A DNA stretch of 64,000 nt from Kiritimatiellia bacterium. Its GTDB lineage: Bacteria; Verrucomicrobiota; Kiritimatiellia; RFP12; UBA1067. Made by a program: the position numbers and the translations under genes. Below are positions 38,205-49,409 of this stretch, piece by piece; positions within the stretch are counted from its first letter, which is position 1; every line of letters begins with the position of its first letter. The stretch spans positions 7,610 through 71,609 of the forward strand of contig JAZQGX010000235.1 in the NCBI GenBank assembly GCA_045540275.1, in the 5' to 3' direction. The notes under the pieces were generated by a model that saw only the letters and a program-made list of their open reading frames with translations, did not search any database and was not told the DNA's origin.

Positions 38205-39119
38205 TCAATTGGTTTGTGATTGTCTGAATTCAACCTTTTTAAGCATTCTAATTTGCAAATATGCAAAAGCAATGAGAACAGTGCCCAAAAACCATGCCAT
38301 GGTTGTTGCGGTCGAAAAACGCAAATTATTATACGCCTCTTTCCAGATCATCAGTGACAGAACATTTGTAGCATCTCCTGGACCTCCGAATGTAAGAAGG
38401 AAGATACTGCCCATGCCCTGACAGGCTGCAATAAATGCTCCTGCAAAATTTATTACCATTAGCGGCAAAAGCTGCGGAAAAGTAATATGCCGAAAACGCG
38501 ATAGAATTCCAGCACCATCAATTGCCGCCGCCTCATAGTAATCGCGGGGCAGCGAATGTAATGCCGCAAGGTAAATAAGGCTCGCCATACCGGCATTAGC
38601 CCATACCCCCGGTAAGATGCAACAAACCATCGCCAATGCAGGGTCTTGCAACCAACTACAAGCATCAAGACCGAAGACTTCCAGCAAACGGTTGAGAATT
38701 CCATTTTCAGTTGGATCGTACATCATCTTCCACAGCAAGGTAATAACCAAAGCGCTGGTCAGATGTGGCAAAAAATACAACGTCCGAAACAAAATTTTAC
38801 CGCGCGGTATTTCGGATAAAAGCACCGCCAGCACAATCGGCGAAATGAACCCAAGCAAAAGAGTCAAACCGACATACTGAGCAGTTCTTCCCCACGCCTT
38901 CCAAAAACCCGGATCGCATGCTACTGCAATAAAATTATCCAAACCGCTCCATGTTGAAGAGCCGACCAAATGATAATTTTGGAATGCCATTAAAGCACCG
39001 CGTAAAAGCGGATAGTATGCCCATAAAAGTATACTTAGAACAGCAGGTGCCAAAAAAAACCATGGCAGGAAGCGATTACGGGATTTTACATCCGCTTTTC
39101 TGTCTATAGGTGTCATCAT
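38205..39119 (-). CDS. Carbohydrate ABC transporter permease (CUT1)
   Basis: GLDNF, EAA motif YEAAAIDGAG, FRHITFPQL. Confidence 0.9.
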   Translation of the reverse strand: MMTPIDRKADVKSRNRFLPWFFLAPAVLSILLWAYYPLLRGALMAFQNYHLVGSSTWSGLDNFIAVACDPGFWKAWGRTAQYVGLTLLLGFISPIVLAVLLSEIPRGKILFRTLYFLPHLTSALVITLLWKMMYDPTENGILNRLLEVFGLDACSWLQDPALAMVCCILPGVWANAGMASLIYLAALHSLPRDYYEAAAIDGAGILSRFRHITFPQLLPLMVINFAGAFIAACQGMGSIFLLTFGGPGDATNVLSLMIWKEAYNNLRFSTATTMAWFLGTVLIAFAYLQIRMLKKVEFRQSQTN

Positions 39120-39964
39120 TCAGCAATCCAGCGTGAATACACGCCACTAGGAAGTGGAAGGGTATTTTCCGAGCCGGAAAGAAGCATCTCGCCGTTTTCG
39201 AATCGCCCTTCCCCCATAATCTGACCTAAAACATTGCCAATAACGATTGGGGTATATCCCGGAGTATGTGCAGAAAGCAACACAAAAAGCGGGTTATCGC
39301 TAAGCAAGGCACGGCACAACCGGAGAGTTTCCGGCAGGTCCTTTTCAATTTTATACATTTCGTTATTTTGTCCACGTCCAAAGGTCGGAGGATCCAGAAT
39401 TACTGCGTCGTACTTGCGGCCGCGTCTAGCTTCACGGGAAAGAAATTTGTGTGCATCTTCCACAATCCAACGAATTGGATGGTTTTCAAGGCCGTTAAGC
39501 TTTGCATTCTCTCTTGCCCATTGGACCATGCCGCGCGACGCATCAAGATGACACACTTCTGCACCTCCTAATGCGCTAGCCATTGTTGAACCACCAGAAT
39601 AAGCGAAGAGATTCAAAACAGAGACGTTACGTTTTCGCAATTTTATTGCAGAAGAAACTTGATTGCGAATCCATTTCCATTGATCTCGCTGCTCAGGAAA
39701 AATACCCAAGTGTCCAAAGTCAGTACCGGATAATTTAAATTTGATACCGGCGGTTTGAATTATCCACTGATCAGGTAATCCTTTGCGATTATGCCAGCGA
39801 TTCCCATCTTCGCGATCGAATTTGGCATTTGCAGAATTCCATAGATATTTTTCAAGCTGTGGTGACCATACCGCTTGAGAACATGGCCGAACAAGGGAAA
39901 TTTTCCCAAATCGCTCAAATTTACGACCATGTCCGCTGTCTAAAAGTTCATAATCGTCGATCAT
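39116..39964 (-). CDS. Class I SAM-dependent methyltransferase (RlmI/RlmK-like)
   Basis: YELLDSG, HLGIFPEQ, LNLFAYSG, ILDPPTFG. Confidence 0.85.
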   Translation of the reverse strand: MIDDYELLDSGHGRKFERFGKISLVRPCSQAVWSPQLEKYLWNSANAKFDREDGNRWHNRKGLPDQWIIQTAGIKFKLSGTDFGHLGIFPEQRDQWKWIRNQVSSAIKLRKRNVSVLNLFAYSGGSTMASALGGAEVCHLDASRGMVQWARENAKLNGLENHPIRWIVEDAHKFLSREARRGRKYDAVILDPPTFGRGQNNEMYKIEKDLPETLRLCRALLSDNPLFVLLSAHTPGYTPIVIGNVLGQIMGEGRFENGEMLLSGSENTLPLPSGVYSRWIAE

Positions 39965-39971
39965 ACTGCTC

Positions 39972-41438
39972 CTAAATTTCAAGAACTGGTGTATCAAGGC
40001 TGGCTATTTCACGATCAAAAAGCTGAAGCTGATTTGAAAAACTGTCGGGTAAATCAGAGACCCCTGCTCGTTTTAAATCCGCACCGAAATTGAGAATTGA
40101 ATTGAGAACATCGCGAACGCGTAGTGAAGATGCATCACCGCAAAGCACATAATTGCCATCTGAATCGTCATCAACTTTAAGAAGGATGCCGACATTTACA
40201 AGTTCATTGATAATTCTCGAACAGATGCTGCGGGGTATGGCGTTGTCAGTAGCGAATCTGGATACTGACAGAGGATGAGGGGCTGCATCCGTTGCCGATT
40301 TTGCCGCCGCTGAAACTAGCATCAGGGATAATGTTAGCCGAGAACGGACACTGAGCATCTCAGCAATTGACGAATAGAAAAAGAGGTTGCAATATTGTGC
40401 GGCGAAGGCAATTTCAGCTCCGACAAGCACTATTTTCCAACTCATAAAAAGCCATGCGAGCAGGATGGGAAGAGTAGCAAAGCCACCGTACAAAGTACTG
40501 AACTGAGCAATTCCAATTTGCAGCATTGTACATAGTTTCAACCACAGTGTTGCCAATACAGCGGTGACCAGACCTCCAATAACGGCAGCTTTGGCACGCA
40601 CCTTGGTATTCGGCATAAATCCGATAAGAAACGAAAAGAAAATCCAACCGAACAGAATGACCGTGGCGATCTTGACTATGGGGTTGTTGCTGAAAAAGTC
40701 GAGAATGACGGATCCTTTTTCGCCCGCTATTTTGGAAATTACGCCCGAAAGCGCTGACACCACCGGAATGGTTGATGCGGCCAGGCAAAGAAACGGGAGA
40801 ATAATAATGGCAAAGAGATAGTCGGCCGCCTTTCGAACCAAAGGTCGGCCGGAGCGCACATTCCAAACCTCATTAAAACTGGTCTCGACCTTATCCAACG
40901 TTCCGATAACCGTCCAAAGCAACATCACAGCGCCGATACCACCAAGCGTTCCAAAATTGATATTATCGAGTTGGGAGAGCAATTCATCGGCCATTTTTCG
41001 CATTTTCGAGGAAATTGCCGATGCTGACACCGTTTGAGGTGGGAGTTGGTTGGTTTTGGATTGTGTGAGGGCAATTGCGTTTTGCATTGCATTTTCATCT
41101 GACGGGAGAGTGTTGCCTGACTCGAGTTCAGCGGTCCAGGTTTCTACCACTGCATAAATTTTTTCCTTTGCCAGTTCGCCGCCGCCAAATGCGCGGGCCA
41201 AGGCTAAGGTCATTGCCAATACGGGGATAAGTGCCATTAGCGAAAAAAACGTCAAGGAGGCGGCATGAAGATTGCAGCGATTAGATTTTAGGCGCGAACA
41301 GACCAAAGAAAGAAAACGCAATGCTCTTATAGTCAACCTATGGATTCGACCTAATTCTTCGGTATGGAGCTGCCAAAGTTCGTATTTGATGAAACGAATC
41401 AAACCTGACAATCCTGTCAATTTATTCTGTTTGTTCAT
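39972..41438 (-). CDS. YihY/BrkB family membrane protein with C-terminal HTH-like extension
   Basis: AASLTFFSLMALIP, ETSFNEVW, LYGGFATLPILLAWLF...GAEI. Confidence 0.87.
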   Translation of the reverse strand: MNKQNKLTGLSGLIRFIKYELWQLHTEELGRIHRLTIRALRFLSLVCSRLKSNRCNLHAASLTFFSLMALIPVLAMTLALARAFGGGELAKEKIYAVVETWTAELESGNTLPSDENAMQNAIALTQSKTNQLPPQTVSASAISSKMRKMADELLSQLDNINFGTLGGIGAVMLLWTVIGTLDKVETSFNEVWNVRSGRPLVRKAADYLFAIIILPFLCLAASTIPVVSALSGVISKIAGEKGSVILDFFSNNPIVKIATVILFGWIFFSFLIGFMPNTKVRAKAAVIGGLVTAVLATLWLKLCTMLQIGIAQFSTLYGGFATLPILLAWLFMSWKIVLVGAEIAFAAQYCNLFFYSSIAEMLSVRSRLTLSLMLVSAAAKSATDAAPHPLSVSRFATDNAIPRSICSRIINELVNVGILLKVDDDSDGNYVLCGDASSLRVRDVLNSILNFGADLKRAGVSDLPDSFSNQLQLFDREIASLDTPVLEI

Positions 41439-41455
41439 TTATCATCTATCCTTAT

Positions 41456-42157
41456 CTAACGAATTTTAGAAAGCACTCTGATTGCAACGGGGCGGACTAC
41501 GCAAGAAAGTTGACATGCTCCGCAACCGACACACAACTTTTCATCCACCAGCAACTGATTTTGTGGCCACTCCGTGGATTCCACCAGACTCAACGCATTA
41601 ACGGGGCAATGGTCAATGCATATTCCGCAACGGCGTTGCGACTCCAAACAAAGCGTTACATCAACATTGGCAACTGCTGCAATTGCTGGTTTCGACATTC
41701 CGGATTTTAGAACCGGGATGGCGCCCGTTGGACAGACGATCATACATTTCTTGCAATCGGTATTACAGAATTTATCGATAAAATTCAACTGTGGTGCAAG
41801 CCATTTTTTTCCACCTTCAGAACTTAGTTCGATTATATGCTCAGGGCAAGCAGTGATACAAGCTCCGCATCGAATGCATTTTCTAAGAAAATCCCCTTCA
41901 CTTACCACCCCCGGCGGGCGGATTGCCCGATTAGGGCCTGTCCCCTCCGGATTAGGGCCTGTCCCCTCCGAATATTTCTCCGTATGCGTGTCATCGTCTT
42001 TATTAGGGTCTGTCCCCTCTTCCCGAACGTTACGTTTAGGGTCTGTCCCCACATGGGGATCATTTAACGCAGAAGAATGCGCGGCACCTAGACAAAGCAA
42101 CAAGACACCGATGAATCGGCGTCTTGTCGTCTGTTGGCATGTAGCGGTTCGCTTCAT
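41456..42157 (-). CDS. NapG/MauM-like 4Fe-4S ferredoxin with Tat-like signal and in-frame REP repeats
   Basis: TRRRF signal; IRPPG; [12 protein letters not shown] plus three more Cys clusters; ATG 42157 overlaps purL stop. Confidence 0.82.
   Translation of the reverse strand: MKRTATCQQTTRRRFIGVLLLCLGAAHSSALNDPHVGTDPKRNVREEGTDPNKDDDTHTEKYSEGTGPNPEGTGPNRAIRPPGVVSEGDFLRKCIRCGACITACPEHIIELSSEGGKKWLAPQLNFIDKFCNTDCKKCMIVCPTGAIPVLKSGMSKPAIAAVANVDVTLCLESQRRCGICIDHCPVNALSLVESTEWPQNQLLVDEKLCVGCGACQLSCVVRPVAIRVLSKIR
41929..42050 (+). repeat. Four REP-like motifs inside the ferredoxin CDS
   Basis: TAGGGCCTGTCCCC at 41932 and 41953 (within a perfect 21-bp tandem, 41929-41970); TAGGGTCTGTCCCC at 42004 and 42037. 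Confidence 0.92.
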
Positions 42158-45100
42158 TTCATCGCAAACGCGTAAGCATTGCGGAACATCCGCATCCAAG
42201 GGCCACATTCTCCTTCAAACAAACCGCCCCGATATGAGAGTTGCGAGGAGCGGAATCCGCGTTCCGGATGTGGCATCATGATGGTTGCACGCCCATCATC
42301 AGAGGTAAATGCCGTCAAACCACCCTTTGTCCCGTTCGGATTGTAAGGATAGCGTACGGTAGGTTGAAGCTGACTGTCGACATATCGCGCAGCAATCTTG
42401 ACCTTCCCTTCTGATTTTTCACTGGCAAATACGGCGCGGCCCTCGCCATGGGCTACCGCTATAGGAACTTTTGAACCCGCCATACCCTTGAAGAAAATTG
42501 AAGGAGAATCCATCAACTCAACCGTGCAATATCTCGCTTCAAACTGCTCTGAGACATTACGCTTAAACTCCGGCCAATGCGTTGCGCCTGGAATAAGGCT
42601 CTTGAGCTGCGACAGCATCTGACAGCCATTGCATACCCCCAATGAGAATGTATCCGGGCGATGGAAGAAATCCTTGAACATCTTTTTTAAACGCGGATTA
42701 AACAAGATTGACCGCGCCCAGCCTGAACCGGCACCGAGCACATCGCCATAACTAAAGCCGCCACATGCAACCAGTCCAACGAAATCAGCCAAATCCGCTC
42801 GACCGGCAAGTAAATCGGACATATGAACGTCAACACTATCAAAACCGGCAAGCGCAAAAGCCGCCGCCATTTCAATGTGGCCGTTCACCCCTTGCTCCCG
42901 CAAAATCGCGACCCTCGGCCTGCGGGTCTTTTTTGAGACCCTCACCTTTACATTGGCGTCCGGATCGTAAGTCAGGAAGAAGTTCATACCTGCATCATTA
43001 ACATCAAGCGCGTTATCATATTCTTCACGCGCAGAAACAGGATTGTCCCGAAGCGCCTGCATCCGATAGGTTGTCTCGCTCCATGCTCGGCGTACGGCAG
43101 TAATATCGGTTGCAATTACCAGTCGTCCACCGATACGAATTTCAAATTTACGGGAATCGGTCATCGGTTTGCCGATAAGTGCAACATCCGAACCTAAACC
43201 TGCATCGGTGAAGATCTTCATCACTGTCGCAAGTTTCGAATCCGCCACCTGAAGTACAGCGCCAGGTTCTTCACTGAACAAAACCGCCAAAGGATCCGCG
43301 TTCTGGTCAGTCATGCGCACATCAAGGCCGCAGCCGCCGGAAATTGCCATTTCAGCGAGAGTAATCGCCAAGCCGCCATCCGATCGGTCATGATAGGCCA
43401 GTGCAAGCTTGCGACGCACAATCTTTTGCATGGCATTGAAAAACGCCTTAACACTCTTGGCATCGGCATCTGCCGGCTCGTCTCCAAGTTGGTTGTAAAC
43501 CTGAGCCAGGCAACTCGCACCTAAACGGTATTTGCCATGTCCTAGGTCAATATAAACTAACGTACTCGCTTTTACTGCGCGTTTGATATCCGGGGTCACG
43601 GTAAGAGTAGCATCTTTAACAGGAGCAAATGAAGAGACCACCAATGACAATGGTGCAACCTGACGATGTGATTGACCCTTTGAATCGGTCCAAACCGTTC
43701 GCATTGAACAGCTATCCTTCCCTACGGGTATGGAAATCCCCAATGCCGGGCAGAAATTCATCCCCGTTTCCTTGACGGTTGCATACAAATTGGCATCTTC
43801 ACCCGCCTCCCCGCACGGTGCCATCCAATTGGCTGAAAGACGAACGTTGGAGATGTCTCCGCAATCGGCAGCCGCTAGATTAGTCAATGCCTCGGTTATT
43901 GCCATACGGGCGGAAACAGGACCACTGATCAATGCGCTTGGGGTACGCTCACCGGTCGCCATCGCTTGTCCATTGTGAGTCTTGTATCCCATGGTGGTAA
44001 CGGCACAGTCGGCTACTGGGAGCTGATATGGGCCAACCATCTGATCGCGGGCCACAAGTCCAGTAACCGAGCGGTCTGTAATGGTTATCAAAAATGTCTT
44101 GTCGGCGATAGTGGGCAAGTGGAGCAATCTGAAAAACGAACTCTCTGCCTCAATATCTTTGAAATCTAGCTTCTCATGCTTGACGGAGACGCTTTTCACA
44201 TCTCGAACCATCCGAGGGGGTTTGCCAAGCAAAACATTGATGTCCATGTCAATCGGATTGTCGCCAAAATGGCTATCGGAAAGCACCAACCGGCCATCCC
44301 CGGTTGCAACGCCGAGGAAAGCAACGGGGCAACGCTCACGGCGGCAAAGATCTTCGAAGAACTCCTTTGCTTCAGGGCGCAATGCCAAAACATAACGTTC
44401 CTGCGATTCACAGCACCAGATTTCCATAGGACTCATCGATGGTTCTTCATTGTGAATTGCACGCAACTCAAATTTAGCGCCGGTTACCTCGGCTAATTCA
44501 GGGCAACCATTGGAAAGACCGCCAGCACCAATATCATGAATGGCGACTACCGGATTGTTCTTGCCCATTGAAGCGCAAGTATTGATCACTCCCTGGCAAC
44601 GGCGTTGCATTTCTGCATTTCCGCGTTGCACGGAGTTGAAATCAAGCGCTTCGTCATTCGTACCGGTGGCCATGGAAGAAGCCGCGCCACCGCCCAAACC
44701 AATACGCATTGCAGGCCCACCGATTTGTACGATAAGGGCGCCTGGTTTAACGGGCTTCTTGTTAACCTGGTCGCGAATTATAGTTCCATGACCGCCGGCC
44801 AGCATGATTGGCTTATGATATCCGCGATATCCACCCACGGTCTCCTGCTCATAGGTTCGGAAGAAGCCGGTTAATTGAGGACGACCGAACTCATTACCGA
44901 ATGCAGCTCCGCCGAGAGGTCCGTCAATCATGATATCAAGCGGGGAGGCCAAACGTTTCGGAAATTCAGCATATGGTTTTTCCCACGGCTGTTCGCCTCC
45001 GGGGATATGAAGATTACTGACCATAAAACCGCAAATACCGGCAACGGTGCGAGAACCCGAACCGGTTGCCGCTTCATCGCGGATTTCACCACCGACACCG

Positions 45101-46068
45101 GTTGCCGCACCCGGGAACGGTGAAATTGCGGTCGGATGATTGTGCGTCTCCACCTTCATCAACTGATCGAGCTGTACCTCGCTGAATTCGTAGCTGCGAG
45201 GCATTGCGACAGCCTTGATATCAGCAGGAGGTGCCGGGGTGAAAATTTCGGTTTTAAAACCTTTAACCACGGACGAATTATCCTTGTAAGCGACCAACGT
45301 GCCCTTCCCGTTTTTGGCATGAGTATTTTTAATCATGCCAAAAAGGGATTCTTTTTGTTTTTTGCTATCAATAATAAATTCGGCACCAAAAATCTTGTGG
45401 CGACAATGCTCTGAATTAACCTGCCCGAACATTACCAACTCGGTATCGGTAGGATTGCGCCCTGCCGCCTTGAAAGAATTGGCAAGATAAGCCATCTCTT
45501 CTTCAGAGATAGCCAGGCCGAGCTCGTCATTCGCCTTGCGTATTGCGTCGATCCCGCAATTTAAAACATCAAAACTGCGGCCGGGGGCTGGCGGTGGGCA
45601 ATCGAAGAAGTCATTCAATTCGGTGTAGATACCCTCGGTCATGCGGTCATAGAGCAAATGGGCGGCAGGTGCAAGCTCTTCACAGGTCAGCAAGCGCGGT
45701 GATGTCGATGAATTTTCATATGCGCTTATTTTAAACTGGATACCCCGCTCAACTCGCGGCACGGATTTGATTCCGCAGGAGTGAAAGATGTCGGTTGCCT
45801 TAGATGACCAAGGGGAAATGGTACCCTTGCGGGGAGTGACAAAAAAACCTTCCTCGGAAACGGGGGCATCCAAAGCATTGAGCAGCAGGACAGCCTTTTT
45901 CAGCTCATCATCAGCGACCTTATCGGTATTGAGCAGATAAACATAATTCGCGGTTATGGAAAATTTTGAAAATGCCGGAAGCGAATCCTGGAATCCCGAA
46001 TTGAGAGCATCGAGACGGAACGGTGAAATTGCGGCGGCTCCCGCAAGTAGAGTCAGATTCTGAGCCAT
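42154..46068 (-). CDS. purL: Phosphoribosylformylglycinamidine synthase (large fused form)
   Basis: [68 protein letters not shown]. Confidence 0.98.
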   Translation of the reverse strand: MAQNLTLLAGAAAISPFRLDALNSGFQDSLPAFSKFSITANYVYLLNTDKVADDELKKAVLLLNALDAPVSEEGFFVTPRKGTISPWSSKATDIFHSCGIKSVPRVERGIQFKISAYENSSTSPRLLTCEELAPAAHLLYDRMTEGIYTELNDFFDCPPPAPGRSFDVLNCGIDAIRKANDELGLAISEEEMAYLANSFKAAGRNPTDTELVMFGQVNSEHCRHKIFGAEFIIDSKKQKESLFGMIKNTHAKNGKGTLVAYKDNSSVVKGFKTEIFTPAPPADIKAVAMPRSYEFSEVQLDQLMKVETHNHPTAISPFPGAATGVGGEIRDEAATGSGSRTVAGICGFMVSNLHIPGGEQPWEKPYAEFPKRLASPLDIMIDGPLGGAAFGNEFGRPQLTGFFRTYEQETVGGYRGYHKPIMLAGGHGTIIRDQVNKKPVKPGALIVQIGGPAMRIGLGGGAASSMATGTNDEALDFNSVQRGNAEMQRRCQGVINTCASMGKNNPVVAIHDIGAGGLSNGCPELAEVTGAKFELRAIHNEEPSMSPMEIWCCESQERYVLALRPEAKEFFEDLCRRERCPVAFLGVATGDGRLVLSDSHFGDNPIDMDINVLLGKPPRMVRDVKSVSVKHEKLDFKDIEAESSFFRLLHLPTIADKTFLITITDRSVTGLVARDQMVGPYQLPVADCAVTTMGYKTHNGQAMATGERTPSALISGPVSARMAITEALTNLAAADCGDISNVRLSANWMAPCGEAGEDANLYATVKETGMNFCPALGISIPVGKDSCSMRTVWTDSKGQSHRQVAPLSLVVSSFAPVKDATLTVTPDIKRAVKASTLVYIDLGHGKYRLGASCLAQVYNQLGDEPADADAKSVKAFFNAMQKIVRRKLALAYHDRSDGGLAITLAEMAISGGCGLDVRMTDQNADPLAVLFSEEPGAVLQVADSKLATVMKIFTDAGLGSDVALIGKPMTDSRKFEIRIGGRLVIATDITAVRRAWSETTYRMQALRDNPVSAREEYDNALDVNDAGMNFFLTYDPDANVKVRVSKKTRRPRVAILREQGVNGHIEMAAAFALAGFDSVDVHMSDLLAGRADLADFVGLVACGGFSYGDVLGAGSGWARSILFNPRLKKMFKDFFHRPDTFSLGVCNGCQMLSQLKSLIPGATHWPEFKRNVSEQFEARYCTVELMDSPSIFFKGMAGSKVPIAVAHGEGRAVFASEKSEGKVKIAARYVDSQLQPTVRYPYNPNGTKGGLTAFTSDDGRATIMMPHPERGFRSSQLSYRGGLFEGECGPWMRMFRNAYAFAMK

Positions 46069-46106
46069 AAAAAATCCTTCACAATTGATATCAAAAAGAC
46101 CTGATT

Positions 46107-46135
46107 ATTTTACCACAACTAAACGTCGGTAGCAA
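46107..46135 (-). promoter_or_regulatory. Sigma70-type promoter for purL (TTGCTA-17-TAAAAT, extended -10)
   Basis: Reverse complement of 46130-46135 is TTGCTA and of 46107-46112 is TAAAAT, preceded by TGG. Confidence 0.6.
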
Positions 46136-46200
46136 ATTTTCGTTATCGAAAAGGAGTAAAATTTCGCATCGGATTGACACATTAAACCCGATAAAATGAA

Positions 46201-46962
46201 TCAACAGCGGAAATGAGCTTCTATTTCAGACGCAAACACGGATAAGTCATCATAGGTTGATTCAGAATAGATATCGAAGTCGGTGGGCTGAGCATTGACG
46301 ATAAACAGCTTACCACCGCTTTTAAGCGTCAAATCAGGAAGACCTGCTGCGGGGAAAACGCGCAACGAGGTGCCTAAAACAAGTAGGATATCAGCTCTGG
46401 ATGCTAGCACTATCGCGGATCGATAGGCTTGCTCCGGCAGTGCTTCTCCGAAGAAGGTGTTATCAGGCTTGAATATGCCTCCACATTCGCATTGCGGAAT
46501 ATATTTTTCGCCAAGGGCCTCAATACCTCCGTTAGCGTCGATAAGTTGCAAAATGCGATCAAAATCGATTGATCTTGCGCATTTTCGGCAGCTGTGAACG
46601 ATTGGAGAACCATGGATTTCGCAAACATCATTTGATCCTGCCCGTTGGTGGAGCATATCAATATTTTGCGTTATTATTCCTTTTAGGATTCCGACATCCT
46701 GTAAAACTTTCAATGCTTTATGCACTGGGCCTGGCGTAAAAGCGTGGAGATTGTATACGAGCTTCTTCGCTGCCCGATAATAAATGGACGGGTCACGGTC
46801 AAACCACGCAATGTCAAAAATCCGTTCTGCGTCAACATTGGAACTGGAATAAAGGCCACCGGCACCTCTGAAATCGGGAATACCGCACAAGGTACTGATG
46901 CCGGCACCGGTCAGGGCTACGGCATGGGAAGAAGTGGCAAGCGCATTAATTAGACTTTTCAA
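46201..46962 (-). CDS. cobB: NAD-dependent protein deacylase (sirtuin)
   Basis: TGAGISTLCGIPDFRG, TQNIDMLH, IHGS, CxxC...CxC, FGE, GTSL, VN. Confidence 0.93.
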   Translation of the reverse strand: MKSLINALATSSHAVALTGAGISTLCGIPDFRGAGGLYSSSNVDAERIFDIAWFDRDPSIYYRAAKKLVYNLHAFTPGPVHKALKVLQDVGILKGIITQNIDMLHQRAGSNDVCEIHGSPIVHSCRKCARSIDFDRILQLIDANGGIEALGEKYIPQCECGGIFKPDNTFFGEALPEQAYRSAIVLASRADILLVLGTSLRVFPAAGLPDLTLKSGGKLFIVNAQPTDFDIYSESTYDDLSVFASEIEAHFRC

Positions 46963-46983
46963 CGATATTTTCCTTTAATGAAG

Positions 46984-48372
46984 TCATTTTATAAACTTGC
47001 CGGTGTCACGATTGTATTCGAAGGAACCGCCCTCCCAGGTCATTTTCCCATTTACGCAATCGTCTATTACGGTATATGAATTTGTTTTTTTCCAACACCC
47101 ATTTTCTTTAATCAAAACATCAACGGCATCACATGGGCGATTTCCTCGCACTTTTGCGATGATGCTTTTGCCGGGGATGGTAAGTTCAAATCCGCTGCCG
47201 TCTTCGAGCATTTTGACTACAAATGAGACTTTTGCATGTCCGTCATACATTGGGATAATCGCTCCCGGATAATAGTCGATTGAGCGGTCCCAAACATCCA
47301 TCACGTAACTCATATCCTGGTAGCAATTACCGGTAATCCTGCCGGTTTTGGCATCCATATAGAAATGATTAACTTGGTTACCGTCACGTGCATTGACACA
47401 AATGTGAAAATGTGCAGGAAAATCGGTGTGTCCGTTGGCAAAATTCGACTCAAAACCGCCTATCCAAATTTTTCCGTCTTTAATGGTCCCGGCTTCACCG
47501 AAGCCGAGTCGTTCGAACGCTTCGCGAAGTGCAAAGACGAAATTGATTACCGCTTTAATTTCGTTTTCGGGGTATGGCACCTTACGGTGAGGTCCGGCTT
47601 GCATCCCCTTCATGTTGTGAGAGAGCGACCAGGTGATATCGCCGAGAGCGGGGAAGGTGGTATCAAAATGGGTTGGTGTTTTTTTGGCGGAGGGGATAAA
47701 CGAAGAGGAAGTGGCGTTAATTACGATATTGCTGGCACCGTACACGGCTCGGATTCCAGCATGAGGCCATGATGCCTTGATAAGTGGGGCCGGGTGGTTA
47801 AAACCATCGCGTTCAAAGGTCAGATACGCCTCACGTATGTTGACGCCGGAATATTTTTCACCTTCGACGAGTCGCCATCCGTCAGGTATGCTGAGTTTTG
47901 GCATCGGGTCATCACCCAAACGCTGTTTCATTATCTTGACCGCATAGCGAGTAACATCACCTTGATATGCATTTACAAATATAGTCCAATTGGTGGGCGC
48001 GGAATATTCATATTCGATACCTCCGTTATTTTTGCGATACCACTTGAATTTTATGGTACCATCTTCTCCTAGCGACTCCTCCCATTCGTCGCCGGATTTG
48101 TCGGTTTTGCGGAGTGAAAGGCAAACCAGCTTGCTGTTACGGTTGAATTTGTAAACTCCACGTGAATCGGGCTTTCCGCGTACGCGTTTGCTAAAATTGT
48201 GCCCTTCTTGTTCTAGAGCATGATACCAAGCCAATTTATCTTCTGGTCTACGTGATATTTGAAATTTTTCTCCTAACTCTTTTGAGCTAGGAGTACGGCA
48301 GCCAGCAAAAATGCATACAGCCATCAGAATGATTTTGGGGACAGACCCTTTAAAACATATCACCAAGCTCAT
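46984..48372 (-). CDS. Hypothetical lipoprotein
   Basis: 462-aa ORF with GGAG RBS; lipobox FAGC; GHTDFPAHFH motif. Confidence 0.65.
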   Translation of the reverse strand: MSLVICFKGSVPKIILMAVCIFAGCRTPSSKELGEKFQISRRPEDKLAWYHALEQEGHNFSKRVRGKPDSRGVYKFNRNSKLVCLSLRKTDKSGDEWEESLGEDGTIKFKWYRKNNGGIEYEYSAPTNWTIFVNAYQGDVTRYAVKIMKQRLGDDPMPKLSIPDGWRLVEGEKYSGVNIREAYLTFERDGFNHPAPLIKASWPHAGIRAVYGASNIVINATSSSFIPSAKKTPTHFDTTFPALGDITWSLSHNMKGMQAGPHRKVPYPENEIKAVINFVFALREAFERLGFGEAGTIKDGKIWIGGFESNFANGHTDFPAHFHICVNARDGNQVNHFYMDAKTGRITGNCYQDMSYVMDVWDRSIDYYPGAIIPMYDGHAKVSFVVKMLEDGSGFELTIPGKSIIAKVRGNRPCDAVDVLIKENGCWKKTNSYTVIDDCVNGKMTWEGGSFEYNRDTGKFIK

Positions 48373-48421
48373 TTGATTTCTCCATTTCTTTTAATGATTT
48401 TGGGGGCAGCCCCTTTAAAAC
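48328..48421 (-). repeat. Two 29-bp direct repeats carrying the REP-like core, 3' of the transposase
   Basis: AATGATTTTGGGGACAGACCCTTTAAAAC (48328-48356) and AATGATTTTGGGGGCAGCCCCTTTAAAAC (48393-48421), 27/29 identical. Confidence 0.9.
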
Positions 48422-48433
48422 TTACATTTCTTT

Positions 48434-49279
48434 TTAAGCGGATCGTTGGCCATGAGTTGCATAAACCACACATGGTCCAAGCATGTAAGAAACTATTTTA
48501 TGCAGCTTACGTTTAAAGCAACTGGAATTGAGATTGATGGCGTTTTTCACAAATTCGAGGCTTCCGATGACGCCCCCATTTTCAAAGCGCCGATTTCGTA
48601 CCAAATATAATCTTTGATCACTTTCATAGCGATATCCTAATACTAATAGTGACAGACCCTTGGCGGCAAAAATATCTCCGTTTCTTGCAGCTCCTAGCGC
48701 ACTCCATTCATATTCTTCTGGAGTTTTAACCATTTGCGCTCGAACAGGATTGCTGTGAATGTAGCCAATAACATTTTTTAAATTGTCTCCATCTTCGATT
48801 AGAGCACTTTTAAATCTTCCTGCCCACAACGTGCCTTCATGGTTGCTATAGCGATTATACCATTGCGAAAAACGCTGCTTTAAGGTTTTCATAAATTCGC
48901 TTAAATCGCCCATTCTAGCTCGCATTTTATTTATCATTGATTCCGCACACTCCATATCATTCGCATTTTTATAGTCATTAAGTCGATTAACAAATGCATT
49001 TTTGTAGTTTTCTCCGTATAAAACCGCAACTCTTCGAATAACCTCGGCTTCTGACACGATATTTTTATTTTCCGGCACTCGTATGCACAAATGAAAATGA
49101 TTATCCATTATGACATAAGTAGCGACATCCACTCCGCTGAATTCTGCAGCGCGGTGCAAAATATTAAGTAGGACTCGCTTAGCCTTGTCATCAACTAGCA
49201 AAAATGCCTTATTAGCTATCCTGCTAACAACATGATAATAAGCCGTCTTAGTGGCCTTGACTCTGTTTGTTCTAGACAT
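48434..49279 (-). mobile_element. REP-associated tyrosine transposase (RAYT, Y1 HUH family)
   Basis: YYHVVSR, IMDNHFH (HUH), LWAGRFKS, YIHSNPVRA, WSA; AT-rich; flanked by inverted REP-like motifs. Confidence 0.88.
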
Positions 49280-49409
49280 AGAAACCTGCCTTTCTTAAAT
49301 AATTTTTCAACAGCAAGTGAACTATATCAAAAAAAATTAAGCGTGTTGTCAAAGCGATGTAAAAGTTTTGTAAAAAATTTGTAAAAAAGTTGTTATATCT
49401 TTTGCTATT

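Noticed and set aside
38205-39119. Orphan sugar ABC permease as a special system
   Set aside because: Partners are probably encoded elsewhere; scattered ABC components are common
41929-42050. REP cluster as a mini CRISPR array
   Set aside because: Repeats are only 14 bp, spacers are irregular (7, 37 and 19 nt), the cluster lies inside a CDS, and no cas genes are present
42063-42073. TTTAACGCAGA as another 8-mer-arm element
   Set aside because: Only the terminal 11 nt match and there are no tandem units; could be chance
46201-46962. Sirtuin as an SIR2 anti-phage NADase
   Set aside because: Has all hallmarks of a housekeeping CobB-type deacylase with Zn ribbon and no defence partner
48434-49279. 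IS200/IS605 element with TnpB
   Set aside because: No tnpB; protein length and the NPVRA motif fit RAYT
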